A program made the position numbers and the translations under genes. DNA of 64,000 bases from the human T2T-CHM13v2.0 reference genome, Homo sapiens. The DNA lies in NCBI RefSeq assembly GCF_009914755.1, contig NC_060925.1. One strand, written 5' to 3'. Positions 62,026 through 64,000 of the stretch are shown here, piece after piece. A model generated the notes under the pieces. The model made no database searches and was not told the origin of the DNA. It was given only the letters and a program-made list of their open reading frames with translations. Each line of letters starts with the position of its first letter. Position 1 is the first letter of the stretch.

Positions 62026-62200
62026 TCTCGGCTCAGGCTCGGCGCCGCCATGTTGGATCCATCCGCGCCGCTCTCCCGGGCCTGCCTCACGGCGCCGCAT
62101 CCGGGCTCCAGCAGCCGCCGCCGCCGCCGCCGCCGCGGCCGTGGGGGAGGGGACAGGCGGGCGGGGGTGGCTGCATCCTGAACGGCGCCTCCCGGAACCC
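62026..62200 (-). other. DEDD: DEDD first exon (5' end approximate)
   Basis: CpG island; donor AGA|GTGAGG at 62025. Confidence 0.7.
62114..62136. repeat. (GCC)7 trinucleotide repeat
   Basis: direct reading. Confidence 0.95.
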
Positions 62201-62720
62201 GGCCGGTTAGTGGCGGCTTCGAGGCCATAGTGAGACATGAGCCGGAGTAGCCATAGTAAGTGAGGGCAGCCTGGCAGCGGCATTAATCGGGGAGTGGATA
62301 GCTTCACTTCGGGAGGAGAGATAGAGATTGGCAGCCATCTTGCTTTGGGGCAAGCTGGCAACGCCGGTTTGTCTTGACGGCTGCTTAGGGCGGTAATAAG
62401 GGATCGAAGAGGATAGCATTCTTGAATGGGAAACATTGGTGGCGCCACAGCTGGCTGGTGGCGACTTCAAGACCCACTGGAAGGCTGGGATTGGCAGCCA
62501 TGACTCATAAGGGCGGAATACCACGGGGATCGGTTTGTCTGGCGAACTTGAGTGAAGGGTCAAGATCTGGATTTCACCTTTCCTCTGAGCTTCCTGATAA
62601 CCCGGACGTTCCGTAAACCCGGATCCGGAGCCGAAAGTGGTGCCCAGATCCCGTCTCGGAATTCATTTGTTCAGCATTTACCTTTTGAACGCCGGTTTCC
62701 TGTAGGAAGTGTCGCCTAGC
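62150..62720. promoter_or_regulatory. DEDD: DEDD CpG-island promoter
   Basis: CpG-rich; GC boxes, ETS CCGGAA, YY1-like GCCATCTT, reverse CCAAT motifs. Confidence 0.7.
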
Positions 62721-62799
62721 TGATCCGTGTAGGGCTGTTGGGAATTGGGGGTGGGGAGGATGGTGCGGGTACGTTCTGGTGTGGCTTAAGAAAGTGGTA

Positions 62800-63400
62800 A
62801 TAGATAGGGGAAGACCAGATTATGCGAAGCCTTGTAAATTAATTGATTTTTATCCTTAAGGCAATGAAAAGTCTTTGAAGAATCTCAGCAGAGGTGTGAA
62901 CAATTTCATTTGCATTTTAGATCGCTGCGTGCAGTGTGAAGGATGAATTGAGGGGACGAAGTGAGAATCAAGGAGAGCAGTTGTGAGGCTCTTTTCCAGG
63001 CAAGGATGATGATGGTCTGCCTGTGGAAGGGAGAGTGCGGATGGGGAGATACAGATTGGTTTAAGAGGTACGAATGTTGTGACTTGGACAACTGGGGAAT
63101 AATGATACCAGTTTCTTTCTCGTTTAGGGGGGAGAGAATGAGTTTTAGGTGCCCCTGGGATATTAGCTAATGTGGGTTGGGAACTCAAAAGAAAGGTTTG
63201 AGGTGTGTGTGCGTGTGCATATAGATAGCTGTTGAAGCCATGAAGTGGGCTGGAGAGGATACCTGCATTTGCGGGATAGGATGAGGGAAGCCGAAAAGAG
63301 AACACTGAGAAGGGGCAAACCGAAAGGAAAGAAGAAAACCATAGAGAACTATCAAGGAAACTGGTGAAAGCGTTTAGTGTAACAGAGATATAGTAAAATG
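62800..63400. mobile_element. L2 fragment
   Basis: degenerate L2-like sequence (atttttatccttaaggcaatgaaaagtctttgaag). Confidence 0.55.
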
Positions 63401-63422
63401 CTAACTAAAATATATACATCAG

Positions 63423-64000
<578 letters not shown>

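Noticed and set aside
61346-62448. 294-aa (+) and 231-aa (-) ORFs at the DEDD promoter
   Set aside because: Low-complexity products of GC-rich, stop-poor sequence; both lack a convincing start

Overview
Human (primate) genomic DNA, recognisable from its proteins as the chr1q23.3 cluster NECTIN4(-) / KLHDC9(+) / PFDN2(-) / NIT1(+) / DEDD(-). All five CDSs reconstruct completely from GT-AG splice sites: NECTIN4 9 exons/510 aa, KLHDC9 4 exons/349 aa, PFDN2 4 exons/154 aa, NIT1 7 exons/327 aa, DEDD 4 coding exons/318 aa. Introns and intergenic DNA are dense in Alu, MIR, L2, MER/Tigger and a MaLR solo LTR, and most ORF-track entries are Alu or low-complexity artefacts. This is a well-studied locus and I see no new multi-gene system. 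The most interesting signals concern translation and splicing at NIT1/DEDD: (i) a three-exon, strong-Kozak 37-aa uORF in DEDD, in frame with the main ORF and stopping 9 nt before its ATG, with a frame-preserving 33-nt microexon; (ii) an intron-split NIT1 start codon (AT|G) that is rebuilt whether or not the presequence exon is included, plus an overlapping uORF; (iii) a candidate NIT1 alternative last exon antisense to DEDD's first coding exon. Also noted: convergent CTCF motifs around NECTIN4, four Pumilio elements in its 3'UTR, a 180-bp intronic duplication, and three RFX X-boxes at KLHDC9. Repeat boundaries and subfamilies are approximate (read by eye).
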